From an uncultured Candidatus Saccharibacteria bacterium (GTDB taxonomy: Bacteria > Patescibacteriota > Minisyncoccia > Minisyncoccales > Staskawiczbacteraceae), in the NCBI GenBank assembly GCA_964567205.1, contig CAZMKW010000002.1, forward strand, positions 1-45,601: a stretch of DNA of 45,601 bases, given 5' to 3'. The translations under genes were made by a program, and so were the position numbers. Positions 1 to 8,604 of this stretch are shown piece by piece; the first letter of the stretch is position 1, and every line of letters begins with the position of its first letter. The notes beneath the pieces were generated by a model. It had not been told where the DNA came from and ran no database searches. It saw nothing but the letters and a program-made list of their open reading frames with translations.

Positions 1-123
1 TATAATGTATTAATTCGTGAATTCTGTATTTTGAAGTTAGGAGTTAGAATAGAATAAAAAATTCAAGATTCGACATTCCAAATTCTATTCAGACTACAGA
101 ATACTAAATTCCGTATTCAATCT

Positions 124-531
124 ATGGAACAATATCCTATACCTCAATTTATTGAACAGGAGGGCAAAATTGCTTTCTTTATTTCTTTTCGACAATTTTT
201 TTATCTTGTAGGAGCCGGCGTTATTTGCTTTTTTTTGTATTGGATTTTACCTCCTATTATTTTCTATTTAGTTGCAATTGTGCTTTTTATTGTTGCTCTG
301 GCTCTTGCCTTTGGAACAGTGGGGGGCACACCGATATTAAATGTAATTTTAGGAGCAATCGGGTTTTCTATGGGAGGTAAAAACTATACATGGAAAAAGA
401 AAGAATCTCCATATCCTTTTAAACCTATAAAAAGAACCCAAATCAAAAAAATAGAACAAGGCCCTGTTTTGCAAGCGCAAACCAGCCAACTAAGAAGAAC
501 CAAAACGCAAGTGGAACTAAAGACTAAATAA
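124..531 (+). CDS. PrgI/VirB3-like small membrane protein (T4SS-associated)
   Basis: 135-aa ORF. N-terminal 'YPIPQFIEQEGKIAFFISFRQFFYL' is followed by two long hydrophobic helices and a basic tail, the layout I associate with PrgI-family proteins preceding VirB4 ATPases in Gram-positive-type T4SS. It lies upstream of VirB4-like ORFs. Confidence 0.5.
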   Translation: MEQYPIPQFIEQEGKIAFFISFRQFFYLVGAGVICFFLYWILPPIIFYLVAIVLFIVALALAFGTVGGTPILNVILGAIGFSMGGKNYTWKKKESPYPFKPIKRTQIKKIEQGPVLQAQTSQLRRTKTQVELKTK

Positions 532-537
532 ACAGCA

Positions 538-1019
538 GGCTACCAATGTACTAATATATTACTAATATACAAATAGGTGACGCAAGAATTTTCTACTACA
601 AAAAACAAGGTTGACTTAATATATCCTGAACTAAGTTATAAAATTATTGGTATTTTATATGATGTTTTAAATGAGTTAGGTTCCGGACATAAAGAAAATT
701 ATTACCAAAAGGCGACATCCGCAGCTCTATTTAAATCTAATATTAGCTTTAAGGAACAGGTTTATTTGCCCATCACATTTAAGGATATAAATATTGGAAA
801 ATACTTTTTAGATTTTTTAATAGATGAAAAAATAGTATTAGAAATAAAGGCAAACGATCACTTTTCTAGAAAAAACATTGGACAAATATTTTCCTATTTA
901 AAAGCCACTAATCTTAAACTTGGAATTTTGGCAAATTTTTCGGGCAATGAAGTAAAATTTAAACGCATTCTTAATATTCGTAATTAGTATATTAGTGATA
1001 TATTAGTAAATTAGTAGCC
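538..1019. mobile_element. Inverted-repeat-flanked GxxExxY gene cassette sitting between two operon genes
   Basis: 33-nt arms at 538-570 (ggctaccaatgtactaatatattactaatatac) and 987-1019 (reverse complement ggctactaatttactaatatatcactaatatac) match at 30/33. The left arm starts 7 nt after the upstream stop; the right arm ends 1 nt before the downstream ATG. Confidence 0.45.
577..987 (+). CDS. GxxExxY-family protein (PD-(D/E)XK nuclease-like fold)
   Basis: 136-aa ORF with GTG start. 'ELSYKIIGILYDVLNELGSGHKENYYQKA' carries the G-x-x-E-x-x-Y signature. 'IDEKIVLEIKA' and 'YLKATNLKLGILANF' match the family core as I remember it. Confidence 0.8.
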   Translation: MTQEFSTTKNKVDLIYPELSYKIIGILYDVLNELGSGHKENYYQKATSAALFKSNISFKEQVYLPITFKDINIGKYFLDFLIDEKIVLEIKANDHFSRKNIGQIFSYLKATNLKLGILANFSGNEVKFKRILNIRN

Positions 1020-1020
1020 T

Positions 1021-1683
1021 ATGGAAAGCGCAACACAAGAATTTTTAGAAATACAGGATATAAGAGAAGGGGTTTTGCTTTTGAAAAATAATTCCATAAG
1101 GGGCGTTTTAATGGTTTCTTCTATAAATTTTGCGTTAAAATCAGAAGAAGAACAAACGGCCGTAGTTTATGCTTTCCAAAACTTTTTAAATTCTTTAGAT
1201 TTTTTCTGCCAGATTGTTATCCAGTCAAGAAAAATAAACATCACTCCATATTTAGATAGCTTAAAAGATTTAGAAGAAAGACAGACTAATACTTTACTAA
1301 GAGAACAAACATCTTCATACAGAGAATTTATAAAAAATATGGTTGTGGGGGACACAATTATGACAAAAAACTTTTATATGGTTATTCCATATAATTTGAT
1401 GGAAATTTTTGGATTGAAAGGTGGGTCAAAACAATTTAATATATTTAAAATGGGAAAACCGAGTGGCGCAAAAAATCAGCCCATGAAAGACGACGAATTC
1501 CAAAGATGCAAAACACAGCTTTGGCAAAGGATGGAATATGTGTCTATGGGTTTAAGAAGATGTGGGTTGGAAGCTGTACCACTAACAACACCAGAACTCA
1601 TAGAGCTTTTTTGGTCTATTCATCATCCAGATCAAGCAGAAATTGGATATTACCCGGAAATTCTTCCTGAACTGCTTAAGTAA
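1021..1683 (+). CDS. N-terminal domain of a ConE/Orf16/TcpF-type VirB4 ATPase, encoded as a separate ORF
   Basis: 220-aa ORF. 'EFLEIQDIREGVLLLKNNSIRGVLMVSSINFALKSEEEQTAVVYAFQNFLNSLDFFCQIVIQSRK' and 'KNFYMVIPY' resemble the first ~190 residues of ~800-aa Gram-positive conjugative VirB4 homologues. There is no NTPase motif of its own. Confidence 0.55.
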   Translation: MESATQEFLEIQDIREGVLLLKNNSIRGVLMVSSINFALKSEEEQTAVVYAFQNFLNSLDFFCQIVIQSRKINITPYLDSLKDLEERQTNTLLREQTSSYREFIKNMVVGDTIMTKNFYMVIPYNLMEIFGLKGGSKQFNIFKMGKPSGAKNQPMKDDEFQRCKTQLWQRMEYVSMGLRRCGLEAVPLTTPELIELFWSIHHPDQAEIGYYPEILPELLK

Positions 1684-1759
1684 TTACGAAACTACTAATT
1701 CGTACGAATATACTAATACGAATTCGTAAATTAGTAAAAATTGGTAAATTAGTAATTTT
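1684..1759. repeat. 76-bp AT-rich palindromic spacer related to the cassette IR arms
   Basis: Contains tactaat (1693-1699, 1711-1717) and attagta (1730-1736, 1748-1754) motifs in opposed orientation. Also has the palindromes attcgtacgaat (1698-1709) and tacgaattcgta (1717-1728), and the pair ttacgaa (1684-1690) / ttcgtaa (1723-1729). Its 3' end 'attggtaaattagtaa' resembles the cassette right arm 'attagtaaattagtag'. Confidence 0.6.
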
Positions 1760-3568
1760 ATGAATTTTTTAGATAATCTTTTAGGGAAAAAACAAGAGAA
1801 CTTGGCGGATGATAAAATTTTCCAAGAGGAGGCTTTTGATGTAAGGGATATTATAGCGCCTCCATACATTGGAGTATTGCAAGACCACATAAAACTGGGC
1901 GAAAGACTTGCGAAATCTTTCTTTGTTTTTTCTTATCCAAGGTATTTAAACACCGGCTGGTTTTCGCCTGTTATAGACTTGAATACGCCAATGGATATTT
2001 CGTTTTTCATACATCCTGTCAGCTCAGAATTAATTTTAAAAAAATTAAGAAAAAAAATTACAGAAGTTTCTTCAGAAGTTTTAGAAAGACAAGAAAAAGG
2101 ATTGATTAGGGATCCCGCTTTAGAAACCGCATATCGCGATATTGAAACTCTTAGAGATAATTTAATGACAGCCCAAGAAAAAATGTTTAGGTTTGGATTG
2201 TATATCACAATTTATGAAAATTCTGAAAAAGAATTAAGAGACACAGAACTCACGTTAAGATCAATTTTTGAATCAAGATTAATTTATATAAAACCGGCTC
2301 TGTTTAAACAAAAAGAAGGGTTTATTTCTTGTAGTCCTTACGGAATGGATTTAATAGAAGTCCATACGCCAATGGACACGGGGCCCCTATCAACATGTTT
2401 CCCGTTTATTTCTTTTGATTTAAGTTCCAATGAAGGAATTTTATACGGCACTAATAGGCACAACAATTCTTTGGTTTTATTTGATAGGTTTAGTTTGGAA
2501 AACGCAAACATGGTAGTTTTTGCAAAATCCGGTTCCGGAAAATCTTATGCTATAAAACTGGAAATTTTAAGATATTTAATGCAGGGAGTGGATTGTATTA
2601 TTATTGATCCTGAAAACGAATATGAATTTTTAGCCGATGCTGTTGGCGGGGCATTTTTAAAAATTTCTTTAACTTCGCCAAACCATGTTAACCCTTTTGA
2701 TTTACCACTGCCAGGGCCAGATGATAATCCCGAAGATATTTTAAGATCTAACGTTATAAACTTAGTTGGACTTTTAAGAATTATGCTTGGAGGGTTGTCA
2801 CCAGAAGAAGATAGCGTATTAGATGAGGCGCTGACAGAAACTTATGCTGTAAGGGATATTACCGCCCAGTCAGACCCTAAAACTTGGGCAAACAACACGC
2901 CGTTAATGTCTGATTTCCAAGAAGTTTTAGAGAGTATGTCAGGAACAGAATCTTTGGTAAAACGTATTAAAAAATTTACCAAGGGAACTTTTTCTGATTT
3001 CTTTAACCAGCAGTCTAATATTTCTATTGAAAAAAGTTTTGTTGTTTTTGGAATAAGGGATATGGAAGAATCTTTAAGACCAATCGCATTGTATATTATT
3101 ATGCGATATGTTTGGAATATGGTCAGATCTAAATTGAAAAAAAGAATTTTGGTTATTGATGAAGCGTGGTGGCTAATGCAATCAGATGACGGAGCTTCTT
3201 TTCTTTTTGGATTAGTGAAAAGGGGTAGAAAATATTGGCTGGGCGTTACAACTATTACACAGGACGTCGCCGACTTTATGCGGTCTGATTATGGAAGGGC
3301 AATTATCACAAACTCATCTTTACAACTTTTAATGAAGCAATCAACGGCAGATATTGATGTTGTGCAAAAAACTTTTAATTTAACCGAACAAGAAAAATAT
3401 TTATTAATCGAAGCGGCGGTCGGAGAAGGATTATTTTTTGCAGGCAGAAAGCACGTATATTTATCAGTTGTGGCAAGCCAGACAGAAAACCAGATAATAA
3501 CAACAAATCCTCAAGAGGTTCTGCAAAACAGAGAAGCAAAAAGAATTTTAGACTCCGCCCAAAATTAA
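1760..3568 (+). CDS. virB4: VirB4-like T4SS ATPase (C-terminal two thirds of a ConE/Orf16-type protein)
   Basis: 602-aa ORF. Has 'DIIAPPYIGV...YPRYLNTGWFSPVIDLNTPMDISFFIHP', Walker A 'FAKSGSGKSYAIK' and Walker B 'ILVIDEAWWLM', typical of VirB4/TrbE/ConE family ATPases. Confidence 0.85.
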   Translation: MNFLDNLLGKKQENLADDKIFQEEAFDVRDIIAPPYIGVLQDHIKLGERLAKSFFVFSYPRYLNTGWFSPVIDLNTPMDISFFIHPVSSELILKKLRKKITEVSSEVLERQEKGLIRDPALETAYRDIETLRDNLMTAQEKMFRFGLYITIYENSEKELRDTELTLRSIFESRLIYIKPALFKQKEGFISCSPYGMDLIEVHTPMDTGPLSTCFPFISFDLSSNEGILYGTNRHNNSLVLFDRFSLENANMVVFAKSGSGKSYAIKLEILRYLMQGVDCIIIDPENEYEFLADAVGGAFLKISLTSPNHVNPFDLPLPGPDDNPEDILRSNVINLVGLLRIMLGGLSPEEDSVLDEALTETYAVRDITAQSDPKTWANNTPLMSDFQEVLESMSGTESLVKRIKKFTKGTFSDFFNQQSNISIEKSFVVFGIRDMEESLRPIALYIIMRYVWNMVRSKLKKRILVIDEAWWLMQSDDGASFLFGLVKRGRKYWLGVTTITQDVADFMRSDYGRAIITNSSLQLLMKQSTADIDVVQKTFNLTEQEKYLLIEAAVGEGLFFAGRKHVYLSVVASQTENQIITTNPQEVLQNREAKRILDSAQN

Positions 3569-3579
3569 TCCTGTTAAAT

Positions 3580-3602
3580 AATTTTCGTCAAAACCGAAAA
3601 TT
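3580..3602 (+). other. Intercistronic hairpin between virB4-like gene and pilin-like genes
   Basis: aattttcg (3580-3587) pairs perfectly with cgaaaatt (3595-3602), loop tcaaaac. No T-run follows, so it is not a classical terminator; possibly a processing or stability element. Confidence 0.3.
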
Positions 3603-3637
3603 AAAATTTGGAATATTTTATTTAACTGGATAAAAAG

Positions 3638-6600
3638 ATGGCCAAAAAAACCTGGAGAACAATTCTTTTTTTGGGAGCGATTTTTAGCTTTTTTTTAGGA
3701 CACCCATTGGGTCGCGGTTTTGTTTTAGCATTTGAGGTTCACTATCCAACTATAGATATTCTTGGACAAACTTTTTCCATTAACGACACTTCTTCCTTGG
3801 GAGAATATATTTGTTATTTTTTTGGGTTAGGCACAAACCTGGCCGTTTTTATATCCGTTATAATTATAGCTTTTGGGGGAATTCTTTATCTTGTTTCCTA
3901 CGGAAGGGGAAAATTCACAAGCGATGCTGTAGATTGGATAAAAGGTGGAATTTTGGGTCTTTTAATAGTTATTTCTGCATCATTAATAGCCTACACAATT
4001 AATCCAAATTTAACCGATTGTAAGGTTGGTATTTTATCATTAATTAATATTGGCTATTCTAATACATACCCCACCACAGAACCAAGTGCTCCCTGGAGTA
4101 CATATCAAGAAATTCCTATTGGAAAATTAACTGAAAATCTTTTGACAAGAACAATGGATTGTTATGGCTTTGACCCGGAGGGAAATCCCGTTGCCGGAGA
4201 AAGAATAACAACCGAAGACTGTGGATTTTTTGGGGGTTGTCCCGAAGGACAAACTTGCGATAAAAAAACCAGCAAATGTTATATATCGGGTCCAACATAT
4301 TTAAATCATGACCGAGCAGACTGTTTAATAGAGTTAATAGACGGTGCGCAAAAAAAGGGACAGATGATCGCGGGGCTATCAGATAAAATAACAGGGTTAA
4401 TGAATACCTGTTCTTGTAGAATTAAAGATGCTCAGGGCAACGATACCAGTGAGAGTAAGTGCGACCCTGTTTGCGACCCATTAAACGGAGGGTGTGGACT
4501 TTTTTCAACGGGAAACCCCGCTGGAATAAACCAAGACTGTACTGGCTCCTGTAAAGGAGACTGTATAGGGGGAGCCTGCAAACAACCGCCAAACACAACA
4601 GACTGCTGTCCCCCGGGAGTTAAAAATCAAATTGAACACGGAGCAATTTCTTTATCTGTTGATGTAGGATCTGTTAATGGAGATAGTGGATCTTGTACAA
4701 CTCCAAAAAAAGATTATAAAGGATTAGATGAATTTAGATGCCCAAACCCAAATGACGGCGATATTAAAACTCCGTGCTCTGGCATACCGGGATGGGTTGA
4801 AGAAAAGATCCAAGTGGATAATAAAACAATTATTACAATAAACCAAAAAAAATGGGAACTATTAAATTCCATACAACAACTGACATATTTTAGAGAAAAA
4901 ACAGAAGAACTAAAACAAAGAATCCAAGCAGATAAAAATGAATTAGACAAGGCAAAATCTGCGCTAAATAACTGTTATATGGCAGTTCCGTATGTTGACC
5001 TTGTTAAAACTTACCAAACCACAAATCAGAAGGTTCGGCTTATCTCTATTACAAAAACATTTTCTGATCCGGAAACCAACGCGCCAATTGACGCTTCAAA
5101 ATATTGCGCGGGATTTAATTATAATAATTCCAGTTGCCTTAAAAAATGCAACGACCTCTGCCCAGATACAAGCAACCAGGCCATCGGGTTTTATCGGCAA
5201 GAAACAGGCTCGTGCGCAAAAAACGATACGGCATGTTTAAATAAGGCCATTGAAAAAGCTTACCAGGAAAGACCTTGTCCATATGCTCCAAGCTCGTCTG
5301 ATACTAAAACATTCGCAGGATGTATAACTGCGTGCGAGGGGGATCAGACAAATAGCTGCGGAAAAAAATATTTGTCGTGCTCTAACGAATATAATTTTTG
5401 TGAAGACCAGAGCACAAATAATTCACAATGTGTTATAGATAACTCTGATGTTTGTTTATTTGGCGGACAATCATTTCAAAATTGCGCGAACCAAACCACC
5501 GACCAGGGCAATACCAATTTTTGTATAGACAATGCTTACAAATGTAAAAATGGCTCTAATGAATATGCGGGATATATAGATTGTATTAAGCCAAACGCAA
5601 CATCTACCACAACTGATCCTTTAACTAAGGCATTAAAAACCTTAGGGTTTGGACAAGACGATATAGATGTTTTATCTCAAATTTTAAACCCAGTTAATGT
5701 TTTAGACCTAACCAAAAATCTTAATGTCTTATCTATTATCCTGCGGAAAGCAGGAGTGCCACAGAATGATATCGACGCGCTCAAAGGTGGGAGCATTTCT
5801 CCCGCTTTGACTAAGGGCTTAAAATCATTAGGACTAACACAGGGTGATATTGACACTTTGTCCCAAAATTTAAACCCAGTTAATGTTTTAGACCCAACTA
5901 AAAACCTAACTAATGTTTTAACTAACATCCTGCGGGCAACAGGAGTGCCACAAAACGACATCGACGCACTTATAGGCGGTGCTAATCCTGTTAATATTTT
6001 AAACCGCATATTAGGGATCACGGGATCTGCGAATATTGATTGTTCACAAGACTATTCGGCTTCATTTTTATTTGAGCATCCGGAATGCCAAAAATGCACA
6101 AGCCCATATATTTCACTGCCTAATGGTGGTGGGAAGTGCCAGGACGTATATCCTGAAACCGCAAAGTGCCCAACTTCTTCTAATTGTCCTGCATGCCCGT
6201 GCGACCAGATAGACGCCACTCTCAAATCTTATGTTCCGGTTGAAAGTAGCCAAAAGGTTGCAGGCGAAGATATTTATTACACAACGGAACAGCCAATTTT
6301 AGCCCACCAGATAGTTGGACCCCAATGCAATAAATATTCCCGCAACGATGATCCTTTAACTTTTTATTGCCAAAACAATTGGTGGTTAGATCCAAATAGG
6401 GAAATAAGCGGAACAACACCAATAGGAACAGAAAAAGTTTGTCCTAAAACAAGAGAAATACCTGTTGGTCAAACCGTTGATAATGCTGAAAATTGGGCCG
6501 TCGGTTTAATAAACAGCGCGAATAAAATGCAAAATGACATACAGGACATAATTGGCGAGATGTATATAATAGGTAGGGCAAAAGATCCAGAAAATCCAAT

Positions 6601-7168
6601 AAAAGATTACTGTAAATGCAATGCAAAATATGTAAGTGAGGAACCAATTTGTGAAACAGACTGCCAATATTGGCAAGTAATCGTGCCACCAGACACGTTC
6701 TGTGGCTGTGGTCTTGTAAAATGTAAAGGAAGCCCGTGTGATCAAATTACAGATTATTTGGCACAGCTTTGGGATTATTATAGAAAATTCAAGCTCGATT
6801 TTACTAGTTTTTATATAAATGCCCTAAAAGAACCCAGAAGCGATATTATGAAGGAGTTAACTTATTCTAGGCAGACAACAAGCAGTTGTAGCTTAATATC
6901 CAATAATTCCGATTCTCAAAACAGGTTATTAAGTTGTACAAGGGTTGAAGACGAATTAATTTCTCCTATTACCACCGGCAAAATAACAATTAACGGCGAA
7001 ACCGCAAACTCTTATTGTTATGGAAAAGAAGTAGGTAAACTTTTTAGTGTGGATCCGTCAAGTAGCCAATACTTATCGCAACAAAACCAACCACCCTCAA
7101 TAGATAACTGGTTTTGTTGCCAAGAATATCAAAAAACTTCCGGTGCGCAGGGCGCCGCCGCTCAATAA
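3638..7168 (+). CDS. Giant secreted cysteine-rich protein with N-terminal VirB2/TrbC-topology (T4SS-pilin-like) module
   Basis: 1176-aa ORF with a signal-like N-terminus. Two hydrophobic helices ('YICYFFGLGTNLAVFISVIIIAFGGILYLV' and 'GGILGLLIVISASLIAYTINPNL') are separated by a short polar loop. About 1050 aa follow with dense Cys motifs (e.g. 'CDPVCDP', 'CTGSCKGDCIGGACKQ', 'CCPPG'), a coiled-coil stretch and internal repeats. Confidence 0.7.
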   Translation: MAKKTWRTILFLGAIFSFFLGHPLGRGFVLAFEVHYPTIDILGQTFSINDTSSLGEYICYFFGLGTNLAVFISVIIIAFGGILYLVSYGRGKFTSDAVDWIKGGILGLLIVISASLIAYTINPNLTDCKVGILSLINIGYSNTYPTTEPSAPWSTYQEIPIGKLTENLLTRTMDCYGFDPEGNPVAGERITTEDCGFFGGCPEGQTCDKKTSKCYISGPTYLNHDRADCLIELIDGAQKKGQMIAGLSDKITGLMNTCSCRIKDAQGNDTSESKCDPVCDPLNGGCGLFSTGNPAGINQDCTGSCKGDCIGGACKQPPNTTDCCPPGVKNQIEHGAISLSVDVGSVNGDSGSCTTPKKDYKGLDEFRCPNPNDGDIKTPCSGIPGWVEEKIQVDNKTIITINQKKWELLNSIQQLTYFREKTEELKQRIQADKNELDKAKSALNNCYMAVPYVDLVKTYQTTNQKVRLISITKTFSDPETNAPIDASKYCAGFNYNNSSCLKKCNDLCPDTSNQAIGFYRQETGSCAKNDTACLNKAIEKAYQERPCPYAPSSSDTKTFAGCITACEGDQTNSCGKKYLSCSNEYNFCEDQSTNNSQCVIDNSDVCLFGGQSFQNCANQTTDQGNTNFCIDNAYKCKNGSNEYAGYIDCIKPNATSTTTDPLTKALKTLGFGQDDIDVLSQILNPVNVLDLTKNLNVLSIILRKAGVPQNDIDALKGGSISPALTKGLKSLGLTQGDIDTLSQNLNPVNVLDPTKNLTNVLTNILRATGVPQNDIDALIGGANPVNILNRILGITGSANIDCSQDYSASFLFEHPECQKCTSPYISLPNGGGKCQDVYPETAKCPTSSNCPACPCDQIDATLKSYVPVESSQKVAGEDIYYTTEQPILAHQIVGPQCNKYSRNDDPLTFYCQNNWWLDPNREISGTTPIGTEKVCPKTREIPVGQTVDNAENWAVGLINSANKMQNDIQDIIGEMYIIGRAKDPENPIKDYCKCNAKYVSEEPICETDCQYWQVIVPPDTFCGCGLVKCKGSPCDQITDYLAQLWDYYRKFKLDFTSFYINALKEPRSDIMKELTYSRQTTSSCSLISNNSDSQNRLLSCTRVEDELISPITTGKITINGETANSYCYGKEVGKLFSVDPSSSQYLSQQNQPPSIDNWFCCQEYQKTSGAQGAAAQ
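5621..5980 (+). repeat. Tandem ~58-aa (about 174-186 nt) intragenic repeat, two copies
   Basis: 'LTKALKTLGFGQDDIDVLSQILNPVNVLDLTKNLNVLSIILRKAGVPQNDIDALKGG' versus 'LTKGLKSLGLTQGDIDTLSQNLNPVNVLDPTKNLTNVLTNILRATGVPQNDIDALIGG'. The second copy starts at 5807. Confidence 0.9.
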
Positions 7169-7206
7169 TATTTGATAATTATAAAATAATAAAATTAATA
7201 AAAAAT

Positions 7207-8598
7207 ATGAAAATTATAATTAGTATAAAAAATAAGTTTTTATTATTTTTAAGTTTTTTAATTGTCTTTATTTTTTCCAGTATTGCTTTCGCTTCCGCTT
7301 TAGAGGTTCCTCTACCTGGACTGAAAAATAATCCTTCTCTTTCAGAATATGTGGTATATTTATTTGGATTTATTATTTCTATCGCGGGAGTCATAGCCTT
7401 AATATCTTTTGTTGTGGGAGCAATCGGATTAATAAATCCTAACGTTGAGGCCCATGGCGATGCTAAAGACCGGATGATAGGAGCTGTTTTGGGTTTAGTA
7501 CTCACGGCTTGCGCCTTTTTAATTTTACAAACAATTAATCCTAATCTTGTATCGCCAACCTTAACACCTCTACCCGGCGTAGCGGGAGTTTTTTATACTA
7601 ATGGAAGTGAGAAAGCCGCCGTGTCTGACCAGGTTGGAGATGTAGCAAAAAGAGGAGATGATTTAATAAAAAATGGATATAATAAATTACTTCTTGATTG
7701 CACTAATTCTAATGGATCGAACGACCCGGTGCTTTTAGTCTGGGAATTTCCCAAGGCAGGTTTTCAAGGAAATGACAGTAATTATAGTGGAGCCAGTGTT
7801 AAAAGAATAGGTTGTGGAGAAAGCGAAGACATTTCCAGCCTTGGTTCTTTTAAGTGGGCATTTGAAACCCCCGGAGTTTATTATTATTTGGGCGCGAATT
7901 GTGGCGGGCTGGGTTCTAGTGTGGTCACCAGCTCCCAAAACAGCATAGAGGCCCCGTTTAGGGGGAATATAAAATCAGTTAAAATTGTTAATAACCCAGC
8001 CAAAGACCTTTATTACGGCGTTATTTTTCACGCAAATGCCGGACTTGAAAATGGCGGTGCGTGTAGTCTCCCAATAACAAAGAATGATTGTAACCCAATC
8101 GGCATAAATAACTTAAATCCCTTTGCCGCTGATATTTTTTTAATGAACAAAACCCCGGCTACTTCCGGAACCGGAGTAATTTTTTACAGCGAAGCTTATG
8201 GTTGGAACACGGGCATTAGCGCCGGAAAAAAAATATTAACAAACACAGATATAGCGGCGCGCAATGGAAGTTATGAGACGTTTGCGTCAGAGTTATCTTT
8301 TGATTATACAAACATTAATAGGCCGGAGGCATATAAACATAAATGTAACCCTAACAAGCCTTCCGACGCCGAAGGTAATAAAGAGGGGGTTGATTGCTCC
8401 CAAAATGGTTGTGAAGCATTCGAAGATTGTATGGGATCTATAAAAATAAACGGGAGATATTTAATTAAGATTACTTGGATGGATAAAAGTTCTATTTGGG
8501 GCCCTTGTCAAACATTTACTCAGGATGTCGAAGAGTTAGATGCTAAACAAATTGGAGGCAGTAAAGCATATTTTGTTGATGTAATTGCTACAAACTAA
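7207..8598 (+). CDS. Secreted T4SS-pilin-like module fused to Cys-containing C-terminal domain (paralog 1)
   Basis: 463 aa from the ATG at 7207; the track start 7114 overlaps the previous gene. Has a signal peptide, 'ALEVPLPGL', two hydrophobic helices flanking 'NPNVEAHGDAKDRM', and 'LQTINPNLV'. The C-terminal domain has motifs shared with the next ORF. Confidence 0.75.
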   Translation: MKIIISIKNKFLLFLSFLIVFIFSSIAFASALEVPLPGLKNNPSLSEYVVYLFGFIISIAGVIALISFVVGAIGLINPNVEAHGDAKDRMIGAVLGLVLTACAFLILQTINPNLVSPTLTPLPGVAGVFYTNGSEKAAVSDQVGDVAKRGDDLIKNGYNKLLLDCTNSNGSNDPVLLVWEFPKAGFQGNDSNYSGASVKRIGCGESEDISSLGSFKWAFETPGVYYYLGANCGGLGSSVVTSSQNSIEAPFRGNIKSVKIVNNPAKDLYYGVIFHANAGLENGGACSLPITKNDCNPIGINNLNPFAADIFLMNKTPATSGTGVIFYSEAYGWNTGISAGKKILTNTDIAARNGSYETFASELSFDYTNINRPEAYKHKCNPNKPSDAEGNKEGVDCSQNGCEAFEDCMGSIKINGRYLIKITWMDKSSIWGPCQTFTQDVEELDAKQIGGSKAYFVDVIATN

Positions 8599-8604
8599 CA
8601 ATTA

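Noticed and set aside
5677-6021. 114-aa minus-strand ORF (and other antisense ORFs at 4116..4298, 4714..4950, 6222..6745) inside the giant Cys-rich gene
   Set aside because: They lie entirely antisense to a long, repeat-containing, clearly coding plus-strand ORF. The 5677..6021 ORF mirrors the tandem 58-aa repeat. These are shadow ORFs typical of AT-rich DNA.
7114-7206. Upstream extension of the first pilin-like paralog given in the ORF track
   Set aside because: The extension overlaps the end of the preceding gene and encodes a basic non-signal peptide. The ATG at 7207 yields a canonical signal peptide homologous to the N-terminus of the next paralog.
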